The notes beneath the pieces were generated by a model. That model saw only the letters and a program-made list of their open reading frames with translations, searched no databases and was not told where the DNA came from. DNA of 64,000 nt from assembly GCA_963693365.1 (NCBI GenBank), contig CAVNZM010000001.1, positions 8,324,907-8,388,906 on the forward strand. The letters run 5' to 3'. The number at the start of each line of letters is the position of its first letter. Within the stretch, counting starts at the first letter, position 1. The DNA is from Amoebidium appalachense (Eukaryota; Protista; Ichthyosporea). Shown piece after piece: positions 61,332 to 64,000 of this stretch. The position numbers and the translations under genes were made by a program.

Positions 61332-61923
61332 ACATCCATCCACCCACCCACCCACACAACCACAAACACACACAGCCACCGCCACACATAAACACACATA
61401 CGCACACACCTTGGAGCTCTGGGAACGGGCAGTCAAGACGCAGATCCACCACGGGGTTGTCTGGCTGCGACTCAACCACTGTGCAAACAGTACTTGTCAG
61501 GTGTGTTACAGCATAAGGGGGGGATGGGGGGGGGGGGGGCATGTGATACAGAGTATAAAGTAGACAATCACGACCGACATGGCAGCACAGATTTTGAAAT
61601 AAAAAGAACAAACACAAAGAGCATGCACCATAGGGGGGGGGAGGGGGGGGGGAAGGTATGACATACAAACTCGCAAACGCGAAATAGAATACACGAAGTA
61701 TGCGACATACAGTAGAGCCGATCGAAGGGGCAGGGGGGGGAGGGGGGTAGGATGCAGTCCTTATGCAGAATAAAACCCACGTTAGAAGAAGCCCACCAAT
61801 CACACCCGTGCAAAAGATGACACACCAAGCTACCTGTGTGTGGACACTCCAAGACGGACACGCAAAATTGAAGCAGTGTTCTCTGTCCGACGGATGGAGG
61901 ATGGGATGGGGATAGTCAGGGGG

Positions 61924-61986
<63 letters not shown>

Positions 61987-63387
61987 AGGGGAGGGGTTAA
62001 GAATATGTTACAGAGTACTATGTATACATTCACCACGGCTAACACAAAGCAGGTTCACCTCCCCCCCCCCTTCCCCCCCCCCCCCCCTCCCCCAATCCCC
62101 CCTTAAAAAAAAGAAAGAAAAAGAAAAAAGAAAAACTCTGTATGCGTCATAAATAGAGCCCTTCCTCCGGGCGGGTCCAAGTCCCCAGAGCTAAGAGAAG
62201 GAGGAGGGGGGGAGGGGGGGAGGGGGGTTGAACATGCCTGTGTGCAGGGGGGCCTGCAGGCGCAGGTAGCCAATCATGCCGTAGGACTGGGCCAGCAGCA
62301 AGGGCACATTGGCTCTGGCAAGCAGCCCCGCAAGCTCATGCAGGGTACTGCGGGCTGTCAGTATACACACATATCTGCTCTTACACACAGAGAGAGAGAG
62401 AGAGAAACAGGAACACACGCGGGCAGGCACGCACACACACACGCATGCAGAAACACACACACAAACACACCAGACAGACAGACAGACAGACGACAGAAGA
62501 CAGACAGACAGATAGACGCACACACAGACACGAACAAAAACACACACAAGTACACACACATAACCAACAGTCTTTAGCCCTCCGACCCTCACCTCTTCAC
62601 CCCCTCCCCATCCACACCCACCCGCCCACCGACCCCCAATTCAAACATACAAGATCCTCACAACCTTTCCTTCACACCAACCCCCATACTCCCAAGTATC
62701 CCCCCCCCCCCCCACCACCACCACCACCACCACCACCACCACCACGACCCCCCCACAACCCACCCCAACCCAGTCCTCCCTCCCCCTCCTCTCCCCCCCC
62801 CCCACCCCCCTCCTCAAGCCAGCCTCAACCCACCCTGCTCCCCTCCCACCCCCAGCCCAACCCTCCCTCCCCTCTCTCCTCCCTCCCTTCTCCCCTCCCT
62901 CCTTCCCCCCTCCCCCCTCAGCCACACACACACCTTTGTGCCAGGTCAGATGCCACGACCAGGGTGAAACCAGTAAAGAACTTTGGCCTGGTGCGCAGCA
63001 GATCCTCGGGATGCTGCCACCCAGCCAGGCAATACACACACACACACACACACACGCCAAGATGAGGGGATTGCACTGCCTTTTCTCTCGCCGTTGTCTT
63101 TCTCTCTCTCTATTTTCCGTAAGCACCGTTTTCTTTGTTTGTTTCCTTTTTCTTTTGGATGGCGGGGAAGGGGGAGGGGGATGAGTTGCAGGCGTCGGGG
63201 GGGAGGGGGGAGGAGAGGGATTCAGGCAAAAAGAGGGGGGGTGGGGGGTGGGGGGGGTGGACAGTGAGGATAGGTTGTGAACAAATGGAATGGGGAGGGA
63301 GCGGGGGAGAGGAGGAGGAAGACGAGGGAGGGGGAGGGGGGGGGGGGGGGGGAGGAAGGGGGTATGTGGGGGTGTTCTTTTTCTTTT

Positions 63388-63436
<49 letters not shown>

Positions 63437-64000
63437 TAAAACCTCGTTTACGTAGTTGCCCTTAACGTCAGGGTTAAGCTCCTGCAGTAGCCCAGTCACA
63501 GACTCTGCCCGTGGCCGCCCAATGCAGCTCTGCAAACAATGTCAGAACCCTCCTCCCCTACAGTACTACACCTTCCGCTTTCAATTCTTTTATCAGCCTC
63601 CCCCTCCTCCCGCCCCGCCCCATCCCCCCTCCCCCTTCTACCGCCCTCCCTCCCAGACGCACACGCACAACCTATCACACCGTGACCCGATCCGAAGCCT
63701 CCCCCTTTCCCTTTAAAATTACCTTTCCCCCCCCCCCCCCTTAAGTTATCTTTCCTCCCCTTCTCCCCTTCCATCCCCCCCCCTCGCCCCCCCCCACCCC
63801 CCCACCACCACCACCACCACAACCACCACCATCACCATCACTATCACCACCATCACCCACCCCCTTCCACCCACCCACACACAAACACATTTCCTCCAAT
63901 TACACCTCTGACTCTGAAGAACGTTACCTACCTCCCTCCCCTCCCCCCTCCCCCCTTCCCCCCCAATTTCCTCCTCCTCCTCCTTCGCACAAAAACTCCT
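54648..64000 (-). CDS. NAE1: NEDD8-activating enzyme E1 regulatory subunit (NAE1/APPBP1), partial; 5' exons outside the window
   Basis: Motifs [128 protein letters not shown]. Stop at 54648. Confidence 0.95.
55412..55517 (-). mobile_element. Diverged subfamily A-like copy
   Basis: G-run followed by gaatg..aacggacaacaaaacgcag..aaagag..taagcagagtccattctcaggggg. Confidence 0.65.
55793..56104. repeat. Five copies of a ~21-bp motif AGGAATATCATCTGAATAATA with unequal spacers
   Basis: Copies start at 55793, 55860, 55961, 56010 and 56085. Confidence 0.8.
60268..60330 (-). mobile_element. Short diverged 3'-end copy
   Basis: gatgttacagtgtatgaagtacacaatcatgacggacaacagagtgca. Confidence 0.55.
61540..61630 (-). 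mobile_element. Short diverged 3'-end copy
   Basis: G-run followed by catgtgatacagagtataaagtagacaatcacgaccgac..aaagagcatgca and another G-run. Confidence 0.55.
62001..62052 (-). mobile_element. Short diverged 3'-end copy
   Basis: gaatatgttacagagtactatgtatacattcaccacggctaacacaaagcag after a G-tract. Confidence 0.5.

Overview
Eukaryotic, intron-rich genomic DNA, by inference from a unicellular opisthokont/holozoan. Introns are GT-AG with CTAAC/CTGAC branch points and are packed with poly-C/poly-G tracts and (CA)n/(GT)n microsatellites. Nearly all ORFs in the six-frame track are low-complexity artefacts. Manual exon reading gives 11 genes: prenylcysteine oxidase (-), an 18-aa-repeat coiled-coil ORF (+), eEF1B (+), an unknown two-exon internally duplicated protein (+), EXO5 (-), THADA/Trm732 (-), PIG-L (-), signal peptide peptidase (+), a C-clamp-like + DEUBAD protein with a 1-nt frameshift (-), QTGAL/B3GNTL1 (+) and NAE1/APPBP1 (-, 5' end outside the window). 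The most striking non-genic signal is a dispersed non-coding element family of about 20 copies in two main subfamilies. The copies share a fixed 3' end (...GTACTTCGTACT...GCATTCAAA) and have variable 5' truncations. The well-preserved copies sit inside poly-C tracts, one with a 16-bp target-site duplication. They carry a ~160-nt pseudoknotted RNA fold with compensatory changes between subfamilies, and every confident copy is co-oriented with its host gene. Exon boundaries were read by eye and are approximate.
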